Assembly (NCBI GenBank): GCA_963796685.1
Contig: CAWCMR010000020.1
Span: forward strand, 32,001-96,000
Length of the DNA: 64,000 nt
Reading direction: 5' to 3'
From: an uncultured delta proteobacterium
Lineage (GTDB): Bacteria > Myxococcota_A > Polyangia > Fen-1088
Below are positions 28,609 to 40,083 of the stretch, in pieces. Position 1 is the first letter of the stretch. Every line of letters begins with the position of its first letter. Made by a program: the position numbers and the translations under genes. The notes beneath the pieces are model-generated. The model was not told the origin of the DNA. It did no database searches and saw only the letters and a list, made by a program, of their open reading frames with translations.

Positions 28609-29061
28609 GTGTCTACAGCAGCGCCGCGCCAACGTAAGACTGTTTCCGCCAACGATACCGTTGTGCGCTCGTGGTACATCGCCGACGTCGAGGGCAAGAC
28701 CCTGGGCCGTGCATGTGCCAAGATCGCCTCGGTTCTGCGCGGAAAGAACAAAGCCATCTTTACCCCGCATGCCAACGCGGGCGACTTCGTCGTCGTGATC
28801 AACGCGGAGAAGATTCGCCTCTCGGGCAAGAAGTGGTCGGACAAGATCTATCGCCACCACTCGCTCTTCCCGGGTGGTTTGCAAGAGTATTCCGCCAAGC
28901 AGCTCGTCGAGCGTCATCCCACCGAGCTGGTCAAGCGCGCGGTGTGGGGCATGTTGCCCAAGGGGCCGCTCGGCCGTCAAATCTACAAGAAGTTGAAGGT
29001 CTACGCGGGAACCGACCACCCGCATGCCGCCCAGCAGCCTAAGCCGTTGGCCCTTTCGTAA
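28609..29061 (+). CDS. rplM: 50S ribosomal protein L13
   Basis: WYIADVEGKTLGR, LRGKNK..FTPH, GDFVVVINAEK, GMLPK. Confidence 0.98.
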   Translation: MSTAAPRQRKTVSANDTVVRSWYIADVEGKTLGRACAKIASVLRGKNKAIFTPHANAGDFVVVINAEKIRLSGKKWSDKIYRHHSLFPGGLQEYSAKQLVERHPTELVKRAVWGMLPKGPLGRQIYKKLKVYAGTDHPHAAQQPKPLALS

Positions 29062-29076
29062 GTCCGGAGTCTCCGC

Positions 29077-29475
29077 ATGATCGATCCTCAGAAGAGCATC
29101 TATGCCACTGGCCGCCGTAAGCACGCGGTGGCGCGCGTTTGGATTCAGCCCGGCAACGGCAAGATCGCCATCAACGAGCGCACGCTCGAAGGCTACTTCG
29201 GACGCGAGACCTCGCGTATGGTGTTTCGCCAGGCGCTCGAGCTCACCGAGACCTCCGGCACGCTCGATATCTATGCCAGCGTCAAGGGCGGTGGCCTTTC
29301 CGGCCAGGCCGATGCCTTGAGGCATGGGATTTCGCGCGCCCTGTGCAAGTTCAATTCGGACCTGCGCCCGCCGCTCAAGAAGGCCGGCTACCTGACCCGC
29401 GACGCGCGCGCCAAAGAGCGCAAGAAGTACGGTCAGCGTGGCGCCCGCGCCCGCTTCCAGTTCTCGAAGAGGTAG
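29077..29475 (+). CDS. rpsI: 30S ribosomal protein S9
   Basis: [21 protein letters not shown]...QFSKR. Confidence 0.98.
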   Translation: MIDPQKSIYATGRRKHAVARVWIQPGNGKIAINERTLEGYFGRETSRMVFRQALELTETSGTLDIYASVKGGGLSGQADALRHGISRALCKFNSDLRPPLKKAGYLTRDARAKERKKYGQRGARARFQFSKR

Positions 29476-29477
29476 TC

Positions 29478-29555
29478 AATGGGAACCCTGGGAGGCTCGG
29501 CACCCGCCAGCCCGCCCTGCCACCCCCGCGTTACGCGCGGCCTCGCCAAACCCTC
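29478..29555 (+). repeat. Partial REP-like repeat copy directly after rpsI
   Basis: AATGGGAACCCTGGGAGGCTCGGCACCCGCCAGCCCGCCCT...CCTCGCCAAACCCTC. Confidence 0.9.
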
Positions 29556-29594
29556 GGGCTACCTGCCTCCATCTCGCGTCGACCTGCCTTCCAC

Positions 29595-30235
29595 CTACCT
29601 CCACAGCGTCGACATCGCGACGCCTATCACTTTGAGCAGGCGATCGGGGTAGACCCCGAGCCACACGAGCAGGATGGTGAGTGAGCCGAGGGCGAGGCGC
29701 TCGCCTAGCGCCGGTCGCACGGCGGCTGGCGCCAGCGTCGTTGTCCGAGCTCGAACATGGCCACCACTACACGCAGGTAGTAGAAGAGGCCGATGGTGCT
29801 CGCGCCGACGAGGACGAACACCGACACCCAGGCAGAGGCGGACGCGCCGGCGGCCAGCACCCAGAACTTGCCGACGAAGCCGGCGGTGAGCGGAATGCCG
29901 GCCAGGGACAGCAGCATGAGCGTGAACCCGCTCGCCAAGCCCGGACGCCGCCAGAACAGCCCGCGATAGTCCTCGATCGTCTCGGCCTCGTGTCCGGGCG
30001 TCGACAGCATCGTCACCACCGCGAAGGCTCCGAGCATGGTGACGAAATAGGCGACGAGATAGAACGAGGCGGCGTTGGCGGCCATCGGTCCGGGCGCCTG
30101 GAACGCGATCAGCAGATAGCCGAGATGCCCGATGGATGAGTAGGCCAGGATCCGCTTCACGTTCTGCTGGAACAAGGCGAGCAGGTTGCCGGTCAACATG
30201 GAGGCCACCGCGAGGGCGACGAGCAGCAGCCGCAT
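29595..30235 (-). pseudogene. nuoN: Orphan C-terminal fragment of NADH-quinone oxidoreductase subunit N, frameshifted ~29750
   Basis: [38 protein letters not shown]; LLVWLGVYP in a shifted frame; no other nuo genes. Confidence 0.8.
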
Positions 30236-30504
30236 CGTGCCCTCGACCGCTGGCTCCCGCTGATTGACTGCTTCATCTCCTCCTGCTTCAAGCATCTGCG
30301 CAAACCGGATGAGGACATCTTTCTGCTCGCGTTGAACGTGATGCGCTGTTTTGACCGCTTACGCCGAATCGGCCGTCGGGAGCTGGCTTTCGGCCATCAC
30401 GGCCGGCATGTTGATCCGTTCCCTTGTCATCGGCAGACGGCTATGCTGATTGGATGCTTGTCCGCAGCCAGGCCTCGTTCACATCACGAGGCGAACCAGG
30501 CCCG

Positions 30505-31377
30505 ATGGTGGCGTTGATGAGTGGCCTGTCGGTCGTGTTGATGTTTTCTGCCTGCGGAACGGATGGGACGGAGGCGGCCGAGGTGGGCGTCGACGTTCGA
30601 GATTCGGGTATGCCCAGTGGTCCGGATGGGCCTGCCGAGGTCGGCGAGCAGGCTGCGGCAGACAGCAGTCCCACCTGTTCGGGCTTTTGCAACGCGGTGA
30701 CGCCGTCCTATCCGACCGTGAGCCCAGACAGCAGTCAGGGCAACATCACGATGTACACGACCAACGCGAGCACGGGCGGAGCGTGCAACTACGGCGTGAC
30801 CAAGGTCATGTATTTCGTCGCGGTGAACGTGAGCATAACTCCAGGGGATGGGCAGGGACAGTGGCACAGTGGCCGTATTTGCGGCCAGTGCGTCGAGGTG
30901 ACGGCAGTGACGACCCAGGGCGCACAGTCGGTCTTGGCGCGCATCATGGACAAGTGTCCTGACAGCTACTGCGGCATGGACTTGGGTGGCGCGGCTCCCG
31001 AGGCGATCATGCTCGACGGTTTTGGTCGCTACGACGGAAGCTGGCATTTCGTTTCATGTTCGGGCCATCCTGAGGTCTCGGACGGGCCGACCAGCCTCTA
31101 CGTCAGCACAGGAGCCAGCCCCTATTGGTCGCGGGTGCAAATACGCAACCCACCGGGCGCGGTCTTGTCGATCGTCTGGCGTGATTCGCTTGGGGCGTCC
31201 GGCACGTTCTCGTACGCGAGCGATCCCGAAAACACCTTCGAGGTTCCGACGTCGGTCTTGCAATCGACGGCAACGACCGTCACGGTGACCGCTGTCTTCA
31301 GCGACGGCAGCAGCGAGTCGGTGGAGGTAGCGCCGTCACGGCTCGCTACGGAAGATACTTCGTATGGTATGAGCTGA
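30505..31377 (+). CDS. Expansin (EXLX1)-like lipoprotein, DPBB plus CBM63-like domain
   Basis: Lipobox FSAC; GGACNYG, CGQCVEV, IMDKCP...MDL, W.FVSC, YWSRVQIRN; start uncertain. Confidence 0.75.
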   Translation: MVALMSGLSVVLMFSACGTDGTEAAEVGVDVRDSGMPSGPDGPAEVGEQAAADSSPTCSGFCNAVTPSYPTVSPDSSQGNITMYTTNASTGGACNYGVTKVMYFVAVNVSITPGDGQGQWHSGRICGQCVEVTAVTTQGAQSVLARIMDKCPDSYCGMDLGGAAPEAIMLDGFGRYDGSWHFVSCSGHPEVSDGPTSLYVSTGASPYWSRVQIRNPPGAVLSIVWRDSLGASGTFSYASDPENTFEVPTSVLQSTATTVTVTAVFSDGSSESVEVAPSRLATEDTSYGMS

Positions 31378-31388
31378 AGTCGTGAGGC

Positions 31389-31965
31389 CTACGTGTCGAT
31401 GCGCCAGTACTTGCCGCCTCCGCCTTCCCTGGCCATGTAGCCGTATTCCACCAGCCAGCGCCGTAGCCGGGCGGTGTCGTCGCTGAATCTCTTGAGGAGC
31501 TCGATTCACGCGTTTCTCCGGGTAGCGTACGCCGTGGGTGAAGGACGGCAGTACGTGGCGCAGGAGCACGCGGACTTTCTTCTCCTGGGTGGGGAACGCT
31601 TCGATTCGGCCGTCGGGGGTAGTGAAGGTGGCCAGCACCTTGCGGTCGAAATCGGCAAGCCCCTGTTCATCCGCAGGGCGCGCGGGCTCTGCCTGCGCCA
31701 GCAACCTCTTGGCCAGGTCGGACAGGACACCGGTGTCGAGAGCGTAGAGGTTGTAGTAGCTTTCGCTGCGGGCAGAGACGAGCCCCGCGCGCGCCAGGCG
31801 GCTCAGGTGGTGCGACACCGTCGAAACCCCGATGCCGAGGGTAGCGCCGAGCTGCTCCACGGTGTGGGCCCGCTGAGACAACAGCCCCACGATGCGCAGA
31901 CGATTCGGCTCGCCGAGGGCCTTGAAGAATTCCACCAGGTCTTGTTCGTTGCTTGCGTTGGGCAT
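31389..31965 (-). CDS. ArsR-HTH plus DUF2087 regulator; frameshift ~31504
   Basis: FKALGEPNRLRI, TVSHHL; YPEKRVN continues as ELLKRFSDDTARLRRWLVEYGYMAR in a shifted frame. Confidence 0.85.
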
Positions 31966-31993
31966 GTCGGGGATCTTGATTTTGTAGAACTAA

Positions 31994-32009
31994 TTCGATA
32001 ATTATAGAA
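31994..32009. promoter_or_regulatory. Palindromic putative ArsR operator
   Basis: TTCGATAATTATAGAA near-perfect palindrome in a divergent spacer. Confidence 0.55.
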
Positions 32010-32041
32010 ATAGAAATGGACGACGTCAAGGCCTAGCGACC

Positions 32042-32419
32042 ATGGACCCCCAAGGCAAGACCCGCGCCGACCTCAGGCGCGCCTACAAAGAGACCCCGCG
32101 GCAGGCCGGGATCTTCCAGATCAAGAACATCCGCACGGGCAGGCTTCTTCTCGGCAGCAGCACCAACTTGCACGGGCCCCTGAACAAGCACCGCTTCATG
32201 TTGTCCATCGGCAAGCACGCCAACCCGGCTTTGCAGGAAGACTGGAACCAATTCGGCGCGGACGCGTTCGCCTTCGAAATCCTCGAGATCGTCAAACCCA
32301 GCGACGATCCACTCTTCAATCTCGACGACGAGCTCACTCTTCTCGAACAGATTTGGAGCGAGAAGCTGCACCCGTTCGGACCGGGCGGCTACAACCAGGG
32401 ACCCATTCGCCGGGACTAG
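32042..32419 (+). CDS. Small GIY-YIG-family protein
   Basis: GIFQIKN...LLGSS.NL...NKHRF...H.N..LQEDW...FEILE...YN. Confidence 0.85.
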   Translation: MDPQGKTRADLRRAYKETPRQAGIFQIKNIRTGRLLLGSSTNLHGPLNKHRFMLSIGKHANPALQEDWNQFGADAFAFEILEIVKPSDDPLFNLDDELTLLEQIWSEKLHPFGPGGYNQGPIRRD

Positions 32420-35001
32420 CTCGGCCGACGACGAAGCACCCTTGCCAGAATCAGGACCAGCAAGCCCGCCAACCAGCCGAGATTCGAGAGTGCGACACCG
32501 GCCATTTCCATCCTGGGCGCGAACGACATCCTGATGGTGTGCGTGCCTGGCCCCACCGCGACCGCGCGCATGGTGTGGTTGGCACGCAGGATTTCTGCGG
32601 GCTTGCCGTCGAGCGTGGCTCGCCAGCCGGGGTGAAAATTGTCCGCGAGCACGACGAAACCCGCGCTTCCGCCGTGGAACTGCATCTCGACGGTATCGTC
32701 CTCGTAGCGGGTGATGGGCACGGCGGTCGGCATGAGAGTCGTGCCGGGGTCCGTATGCGCCGACCCCGGCACATCCTTTTCCAAGATCACGCGGTTCGCG
32801 AGAGCCGCGCGGGTGGACGTGCGCAGCAATTCCAGACGGGCCGCGCGGTCCGCCGCCTTGATGAAATCGGCGACGAAGAAGGCGCGCGGGAAGGCGGCCG
32901 TGTCTTCATAGATGTTCACGTCCCCGCTCGACACCAGCCGGAACCGCTTCGGGGGCGACACGATCGGGCGGCCGCAAAGGATGTAGCGCACGTTCAGGGC
33001 CTCGAGGAGAGGAGAGCCGATGGCGCGGAAGAGAACCGTTCGGTCGAATCGCTCGGGCACCGGATCGTGGGGGTGCTGGGCGAGAAACGTGACCTCGCCA
33101 TAGCGGCGCGTGTACAGGGTCGAGTAACCGCCAGCGTCTTCCAGACCGAACGGGGCAAACGAATTCGGCAGCATCTGACCGCCGGTGAAGAGCATGCGGA
33201 ATTTTCCGGGGGCCGACTCTAGAAAGCGGGTCGCCCTCGTCTCGGGAAAAGCCGAGTCGCGCGGCGTGCGTGGGTTGTAGCTCCACGCGAAGCCGGCCAG
33301 ATCGGCGAAGAGCAGCGCCACCAGACAACCGGCCGAGGCAAGCCGCCAGGGTCGCGAGCGCGAGCGCACCAGGCCGGCGAGGGCGAGGGAAGACAGGATG
33401 AGCAGGAGCAGCGGCCGGCCCAGGATGGGGCCGCCGAGGGCGAGAAACCGGTGCTGGAAATCCGGCAGCGCCACCTTGTTCGCGACGGAGGAGTCGGCCA
33501 AGAACGTCCACATCCACGGGCGCCGGACCGCGATGGCCAGGCCGAGCGCGCCGACGAGAACGGCCGCTGGGCCGGCGAGGACGCGAAGGCGCGGTGCCGG
33601 ATCCGCGAGCAGGCGATCGAGGGCCAGGGCGGCGAGGCCGGAAAAGCAGAAGCCGAAGAGGAAGAGCAGCCGGCACGGGGTCGAAAGACCCATGCCCGGC
33701 ACGAGCTTGGCCACCGGGTAGTAGAAGATGGTGCCGGCCGCGCAGAGCAGAAGAACGAGAGACGCCCCGGCGAAAAGGCGCATGGGTCGATCGCGTCCCA
33801 TGCGTCCGAGGGCGGTCGAGGCGAGCAGCAGAACCGGGATGCCGGCATAGATACACAGCTCGTTGAAGTTGTTGTATGGCTGCGGCGGGTCCGGCCTTGG
33901 CGTGAAGGCGTACCCCAAGGTCGGGCTGCCGAAGAAGTTGGGAAACACCAGCGTGACCAGGTAGCGCCAGGGCAGGGCGCCGGTCTCGCTGAACAGTTTC
34001 GAGAACGGCCATGGCGAGCGGTTGGCGTCGACGAGTTGCCCGCTCGCCTCGATGACGAAGCCGGCGGAAAGCAGCAAGAACGTGCCGGCGGCCACGGCGA
34101 AGGCGCGGACGATCCTGGCAAAATCGGCGCGCGACGCTGGTGTTCGCCAAGACTGCCAAAGGCGGTAGCCGACCGTGCAAGCCACGAACGCGCAGAGAAA
34201 GACGCCGTGCTGGGGATGGGTCAGGGCGAGCGCGGACGCAAGACAGAGTCCCAGGGCGAGCGCGGTCGTCCACGCGCGACGTTCGAGGAGAACCTCGACG
34301 AAGTAGAGTGAGGCGGGAAGACAAAGGGCCAGGGCCACGATGTGCTCGAGCTCGAACCAAACCATGACGTAGCCGTTGAACATCCAGGCCAGAGCACCGA
34401 ACAGGGCCGCCACCGGGTGCAGGCCGAGCCTTCGCCAGTAGAGAAAAGAGAAGATGCCGCACCCGGCGAGGCCAAGGAAGAGGAAGAGATCGTGGGCCAC
34501 GCTGATCGGAAACAGGGAGAAGAGCAGGTAGGGGATGGGCGACAGGTAGTTGTGGAAGGGCACCCCGCCGAGGATGGAAGGGCACCACCAAGACAATCCG
34601 CCGTGTTGCAGGGCCGTCTGAAACTGATGGTGGGCGGGGTAGAAGGTCGGTGGACTGAAGACCGTGATGGCATCCGTAAGGAGCGGGTTCCAGGAAGGGC
34701 GACCGGGCAGAGTGCTGAAATGGGACACCTGGGAGGGCTCGCCAACCATCCCGGGTTTTGGCTCCGCGGGTTTTGGCTCCGCCGGGCCAGGACCGGCTGC
34801 GCCATCGCGACCAGACCACGGGAAGTATTCACGAAGCGTGTCGAAGGGATAGAAGGTCGTGCCTTCGACCAGCAGGGGCACGAAAAAGACGAACGCGGCA
34901 AGGAGCACCGGCAGGAGTGGAACCCACCGGCGCCAGAGTGGCGCGCGCGGGCTGCCGTCGTCGGGGGCGTCCGAGTCGTGGCCAGAGATCGGAGAGGACA
35001 T
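32416..35001 (-). CDS. YfhO-family (GT-C) membrane glycosyltransferase
   Basis: Many TM helices; [26 protein letters not shown]...RAN. Confidence 0.85.
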   Translation of the reverse strand: MSSPISGHDSDAPDDGSPRAPLWRRWVPLLPVLLAAFVFFVPLLVEGTTFYPFDTLREYFPWSGRDGAAGPGPAEPKPAEPKPGMVGEPSQVSHFSTLPGRPSWNPLLTDAITVFSPPTFYPAHHQFQTALQHGGLSWWCPSILGGVPFHNYLSPIPYLLFSLFPISVAHDLFLFLGLAGCGIFSFLYWRRLGLHPVAALFGALAWMFNGYVMVWFELEHIVALALCLPASLYFVEVLLERRAWTTALALGLCLASALALTHPQHGVFLCAFVACTVGYRLWQSWRTPASRADFARIVRAFAVAAGTFLLLSAGFVIEASGQLVDANRSPWPFSKLFSETGALPWRYLVTLVFPNFFGSPTLGYAFTPRPDPPQPYNNFNELCIYAGIPVLLLASTALGRMGRDRPMRLFAGASLVLLLCAAGTIFYYPVAKLVPGMGLSTPCRLLFLFGFCFSGLAALALDRLLADPAPRLRVLAGPAAVLVGALGLAIAVRRPWMWTFLADSSVANKVALPDFQHRFLALGGPILGRPLLLLILSSLALAGLVRSRSRPWRLASAGCLVALLFADLAGFAWSYNPRTPRDSAFPETRATRFLESAPGKFRMLFTGGQMLPNSFAPFGLEDAGGYSTLYTRRYGEVTFLAQHPHDPVPERFDRTVLFRAIGSPLLEALNVRYILCGRPIVSPPKRFRLVSSGDVNIYEDTAAFPRAFFVADFIKAADRAARLELLRTSTRAALANRVILEKDVPGSAHTDPGTTLMPTAVPITRYEDDTVEMQFHGGSAGFVVLADNFHPGWRATLDGKPAEILRANHTMRAVAVGPGTHTIRMSFAPRMEMAGVALSNLGWLAGLLVLILARVLRRRPS

Positions 35002-35312
35002 GGTGCGGGCGCCGCGAAGGCCCAGCGTGGAAGGCCGCCGGCAGGCGACGTGTGTTGGGAGAATGCCGCAGCCGCGCTGGAACACAAGAAGCTTGAACCG
35101 TCTCTCGTGCCCCATCAGGCACAAAATCCTCTGGCCAGCCCATGACATGACATATTAATGGTAAAGTCAGGATGGTGGTCCCGCCTGTTTCATGCTAGGC
35201 CATCTGCTCGTTACCGTACTTGCATAGACTTGCCCAGGGTGGGCCCGTTGCCCAACGGACCCCTTCCAGCCTAGCTGGGTTCGCCCTTGGCACCTATGGG
35301 GAACGCCCCGCG

Positions 35313-36977
35313 ATGACACAGGAAGAACAGAAACAAGACGCCCAAGAATCGACGCTGCGCTCCGGGCAGATGGTTGGCGGCAAGTACTGCGTCGATGGGC
35401 TCATCGGCAAAGGGGGGATGGCGGAGGTGTGGGCGGGCATCAACGAGCGGACCGGCAAGCGTGTCGCGCTCAAGGTCATCTTGCGCTCGTTTCTCTCCAG
35501 CGGCGACGCGGTGGAGCTGTTCCGTCGCGAGGCCATGGCCGCCAGCAGGGTGAACCACCCCAACGTGGTCAACGTCTTCGATGTCATCGACCACGAAGGC
35601 ATGATGTGCATCGTGATGGAGCTGCTGGAGGGCGAGTCGTTCGGCGCTTACCTCAAACGCAAGGGGTATCTCGGCGTCAACGAGGCGGCGACCTTGTTGC
35701 TGCCCGCCATGCGCGGCGTCGCCGCGGCCAACGCCGAGGGCGTGGTCCATCGCGATCTCAAGCCGCAGAACATCTTCATCTGCATTGGCGCCGATGGACG
35801 TTTGATCACCACCAAGGTTCTCGATTTCGGCATCTCGGTCATCCAGGAGAAATCGGTCGACGGCGCGCAGGTGACGCAGCTCCTGGCCACCCATGGCACA
35901 CCAGCCTATATGTCGCCCGAGCATATCTCCGGTGCGCCGGATATCGATGCACGCGCCGACGTCTACGGATTCGGCGTGCTCTTCTTCGAGGCGCTCACCG
36001 GCCAGTTGCCCTTCCTCGGCGATCCCGGCCCGGCCCTGCTCGTGCGCATCCTCAACGACCCCGCACCCAAGGTCACGCTTTTTCGACCCGACTTGCCCTT
36101 GCCGATGGTCGAGATCATCGAGCGCGCGATGGCCAAGGCCGCTGAAGATCGCTTTCCTTCCTTGAACGACTTCATCGCCGCCGTCGAAGATCAGGTTCTG
36201 CCGCCTTCGCCGCTCCCGCGCGCGCTGACGCCGATGGCGGGCGTGCCCTTGTTCGCGCATGCCGAGCAGCCGTCGGGCGTGGCCGATTCCGTGGTGCAGG
36301 TGCTGCATCGGGGCGAGCCGTCGGGGATGCACGAGATCAACGAGACCAAGGCTCTGTACACCCTGCCCCGCGAGCCCAAGGTCGCCGACAGGAATTCGTC
36401 CCCGTGGTTTGTGATGCAAGGGAACACCGGTGAATCTCCCGCGCTCACCACGACGCAAGTGAATATTCGACCGTCGCTGCGCCGGAGCGCCGTGCGTGCG
36501 ATGTCGGTGGCCACGTTCGTGGCCGTCGTCGTGATCGTCGCATGGCTGGCCTTTCCCTCGCCTTCGCAGTATCGCGGCGAGCAGGCGCCGCCGCGAGCCG
36601 TGCGGCCGGCGCCCACCGTTGCTGTTCCGAGCCGACCGACCGAGGCCAAGTCGCCGACACCCCTACCGGTGGTGGCGGGAGAAGATGCGGGCGGCGCCGA
36701 GAGCGTCGAAGTCGTGCCCAGCGATCGACTGGCGGCGCCGGAACCGACCCCGAGCGAGATTGCAAAGTGGAATTCCATCCGTCAGGCCGTGCCTGTCCAT
36801 GCCGGCGCTCGCCGTGCCCTTTCCGTGCAGCAGGCGGAACGTCGAGCAACCAAGGCTGCCATGTCGAGCACGCCCACGGTCACCGCCACGGCCACGCGTA
36901 CCCTCTCGCGCGCGGCCACCGGCACGGGGGGGTCATCGGCTCCCAGGGCCGGGGCGCTTACGCCCGCCGATTTCTAG
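35313..36977 (+). CDS. Membrane-anchored Ser/Thr protein kinase
   Basis: IGKGGMAEV, VALK, HRDLKPQN, DFG, GTPAYMSPE; TM segment. Confidence 0.95.
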   Translation: MTQEEQKQDAQESTLRSGQMVGGKYCVDGLIGKGGMAEVWAGINERTGKRVALKVILRSFLSSGDAVELFRREAMAASRVNHPNVVNVFDVIDHEGMMCIVMELLEGESFGAYLKRKGYLGVNEAATLLLPAMRGVAAANAEGVVHRDLKPQNIFICIGADGRLITTKVLDFGISVIQEKSVDGAQVTQLLATHGTPAYMSPEHISGAPDIDARADVYGFGVLFFEALTGQLPFLGDPGPALLVRILNDPAPKVTLFRPDLPLPMVEIIERAMAKAAEDRFPSLNDFIAAVEDQVLPPSPLPRALTPMAGVPLFAHAEQPSGVADSVVQVLHRGEPSGMHEINETKALYTLPREPKVADRNSSPWFVMQGNTGESPALTTTQVNIRPSLRRSAVRAMSVATFVAVVVIVAWLAFPSPSQYRGEQAPPRAVRPAPTVAVPSRPTEAKSPTPLPVVAGEDAGGAESVEVVPSDRLAAPEPTPSEIAKWNSIRQAVPVHAGARRALSVQQAERRATKAAMSSTPTVTATATRTLSRAATGTGGSSAPRAGALTPADF

Positions 36978-36984
36978 CAGGACG

Positions 36985-38428
36985 TCACCGGCCCCACTCG
37001 ATTTCCGCGATATCCATGGGGAGGTAGATCGAGAAGCAGCTGCCCTTGTTGCGTTCGCTCGTCACCTCGATCCAGCCGTTGTGCTCACGCACGATTCCGT
37101 AAGCCACGGACAGGCCCAGACCGGTTCCTTCGCCCACGTGCTTCGTGGTGAAGAAGGGTTCAAAGATTCTCGGCAGCACCTCGGGTGCGATGCCCACGCC
37201 CTCATCCTTCACCGAGATGATGGCGTATGTGGGCTCGTTGGCTTCGCTCCACACGGGCGGGGTCAGGTCGGCGGGCGGCTTCGCCACGGACACGCCGAGG
37301 GCGATGGTCACTTTTCCCGGGCGTTCGGAAGCCTGGATGGCGTTCACCAGCAGGTTTACCAGAACCTGCTCGATCTGCTCCGAGTTGGCCGGTGGCTTGG
37401 GCGGCACGGGCTCGGCGACGATATCGATGACCAGGTTTCGTTTGACGGCCAGGGGCTGCAGCATGGCCATGGCACCCTCGGCAATGGCGCGCAGGTCAGC
37501 GGGGTCTCGCCTGGTCAGAGGTCCAGGTGGGGAGACGGCCCGCCCGCGCGCGAAATCGAGCAACTGACGAACGATGTGCGTGATTCGGTCGATCTGTTCC
37601 CCGATGATGCGGGCGGCATCGCGGGTCTCGCGTGCCAGGGACAGGTTGGAGGCAAGCATGTTGGCGCGCATGAGGGCCACCCCCAGGGGCGTTCCGAGCT
37701 CGTGGGCGATACCCGAGGCCAACTTGCCCACGGTGGCGAGTCTGTCGGCGTGCCGGAGCTGGTCCTGCGTGCGCAGTCGTTCCTCGGTTTCCGCCGTCAA
37801 GGCCTGGCGCGTTTCCACCAAACGCACGCACATCGCGTTCATCTCCGCGGCAAGCTCGCCGATCTCGTCTCGCTGCCGGATGACCAGCTGGCTGTCGACG
37901 TCTCCCGCGCCGATGCGCGCGGCTTTTTCGACCAGCTTTTCGATGGGCCTGCCGACGAACCAGATACCCAGAACGATCGAGACGCCGCCCACGCAGATGA
38001 CCGCGATGACGGTGAGCAGGAAGCTGCGAATCACCGTATTGCGCACGTAGTCGCGGGCGAAGTCGCGCGACTCGGAAATCTCGACATGCCCCATGAGCTT
38101 CTCCCCCCACCGCGATGGGCACCTGCGTGACCAGCAGGTCCGCTTTGGCAGCGACTCCTGGCGCGCTCCCCGCGTCGACCCATCGGATGTGCAGCGCTTT
38201 CGTCGGCGGCTTGGTGGCAGCAATGAGCTGCATGGCCGCCTCGCGACCTTTGCTTGTCCACACCGCCGTGACGGAGCCCGCGAGCACCTGCGCCAGGACT
38301 TCGTGGTCCTGCGCCATGTCTTGATCGAAGGCGGCCAGCTCGCGACGCACGCGGTAGAAGGCATTTGCCGTCAACACCACGGTCAAACACACGACCATGG
38401 ATAGAACGAGCTTGCGCGCCAGTCTCAT
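36985..38428 (-). CDS. HAMP sensor histidine kinase; frameshift ~38086
   Basis: RDEIGELA, IAHELGTPL, NLLVNA, DEGVG, FFTTK, GTGLGL. Confidence 0.9.
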
Positions 38429-38437
38429 GCGCGAAGG

Positions 38438-38833
38438 TCAGGCCGTGGCAGTGGGGGAAGGGAGTCGGGCACGGACCAGGGACAGCAGCTCTTCCGGTCG
38501 GAACGGCTTGGCCAGAAGCACCGCCGACCCGAGGTGGTCGACTTGCGCACGTAGCGAGTCGTCTGGAAAAGCGGTCACGATGATGATGGGGATGCCGAGC
38601 CCGGAATTGCGAGCCGACAAGGCGACCTGGAATCCGGTCATCCAGGGCATGCGCACGTCGGTGATGAGCAGGTCGACGGGACTGTCGTCCGTCAGGAGCA
38701 GAATGAGATCGCCACCACTGGACGCGGTGGCAACGTCGACGCCCAGCCCGGACACCAATTCGGACAGCACGTTGCGCATGTCTTCGTCGTCTTCGGCGAT
38801 CACGACGCGTGGCAATCGATCTTCGGTTTGCAT
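38438..38833 (-). CDS. Single-domain response regulator
   Basis: IAEDD, LITDVRMP, VTAF, AKPF. Confidence 0.9.
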   Translation of the reverse strand: MQTEDRLPRVVIAEDDEDMRNVLSELVSGLGVDVATASSGGDLILLLTDDSPVDLLITDVRMPWMTGFQVALSARNSGLGIPIIIVTAFPDDSLRAQVDHLGSAVLLAKPFRPEELLSLVRARLPSPTATA

Positions 38834-38987
38834 GGCACCCTCTGCAAGGTTGGTATGCCCCACGAGACGGGCCGGTGCCAGGTTCCACCCTCTGATTTTG
38901 CGGGACACGGGACCGAGGCTGTCGCCTGATATCCTACCTATGCCCGTTCGCTCCACCTCATCGCGCCAGATGCGCTAAGATGCCGGC

Positions 38988-40037
38988 ATGATTCTTGGCA
39001 CGATCTCCCGGCGCTTGCCGCGCGGTCTTTGGGCGCGCGTGTTGCTGTCGATCGCGCTGGCCTGTCCCGTTGCCGGTTCCGGCGCCGTCGGGCATGCCCA
39101 GCCGCCCCTGTCACCCGAGGCTGACGCGAGGTACCGCAGCACGCTCAAGGACGCATTGGCGGAATACGACGCCAACCACTTCGAGGAGGCGCGAATCCTT
39201 TTCCGGCGCGCCCACGAGATCAACCCCAACGCGCGGACCCTGCGCAGCATCGGTATGGCCTCGTTCGAGCTGCGTGACTATGTGGCGGCCGTACGCGCCC
39301 TGTCGGCCGCCCTGGTGGACCCCCGCAAGCCGCTGAGCCCCGAGCAGCGCACCCATGCCAAGGGCTTGCTCGAGCGCAGCCGCATGTACGTGGACATCTA
39401 CACCCTGAAGATCTCGCCCCCCGATGCCCGCGTGTTGATCGACGGTCACGTGCCCGACACCGAGCCGGACGGAACCATCTTGCTGGGGTTCGGCTCACAC
39501 ACCCTGGAGGTGAGCAAGCCGGGCTTCGTGCTGCGAACCATGGTCGTGAATGTGCGTGGGGGCGAGCGTAAGGATCTCGCCATGACCCTGGAACGCAAGC
39601 AAACGGCTACGTTCGGGTCGGGCGAGTCGAACCAGCTCGAGTCGGGCCGAACGCGCACGCGGGAATCGGACCACGCGGCGTCCCTGGGCAAGGTCCATCA
39701 CGGTCCGAGTTTTTGGAATTCCAGGGCACCCTGGTACTTCGCCGCCGGAGGCACAGCTCTCCTTTCGGCGGGCGCCGGGGCGCTGTGGCTGATTCAGAAC
39801 GGCGAGCTCGGGAATTGTCACCAAGCCCCTTCGGGCCAACATTGCAACAACGAAAGTGCCATTCTGGACAGACGGAACCTGGCGGTCGGCGCCACCGTGG
39901 CAACCGGCGTCGCCGCCATCACCTTGGGGGTGATTGGGATCTTTCATCGGGACGCGGCGGACGAGACGTCGAGCTCGCGAAACGCTCTGGCCTGTACGCT
40001 GTCGCCTTCCGGATTCCTGTGCGCCAAGGGTTTCTGA
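38988..40037 (+). CDS. TPR plus PEGA-domain protein
   Basis: Signal peptide, TPR-like helices, PPDARVLIDG...GSHTLEVSKPGF. Confidence 0.8.
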   Translation: MILGTISRRLPRGLWARVLLSIALACPVAGSGAVGHAQPPLSPEADARYRSTLKDALAEYDANHFEEARILFRRAHEINPNARTLRSIGMASFELRDYVAAVRALSAALVDPRKPLSPEQRTHAKGLLERSRMYVDIYTLKISPPDARVLIDGHVPDTEPDGTILLGFGSHTLEVSKPGFVLRTMVVNVRGGERKDLAMTLERKQTATFGSGESNQLESGRTRTRESDHAASLGKVHHGPSFWNSRAPWYFAAGGTALLSAGAGALWLIQNGELGNCHQAPSGQHCNNESAILDRRNLAVGATVATGVAAITLGVIGIFHRDAADETSSSRNALACTLSPSGFLCAKGF

Positions 40038-40083
40038 GCTCGCGGCTCAAGCTCTCGGATGAACCTGTCGATGAACCGAGATC

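Noticed and set aside
32042-32419. Homing endonuclease or intron
   Set aside because: Short stand-alone GIY-YIG protein paired with an ArsR-DUF2087 regulator; no interrupted host gene.
34752-34783. 15-bp tandem repeat
   Set aside because: In-frame PAEPK duplication inside a loop of the YfhO-like gene; trivial.
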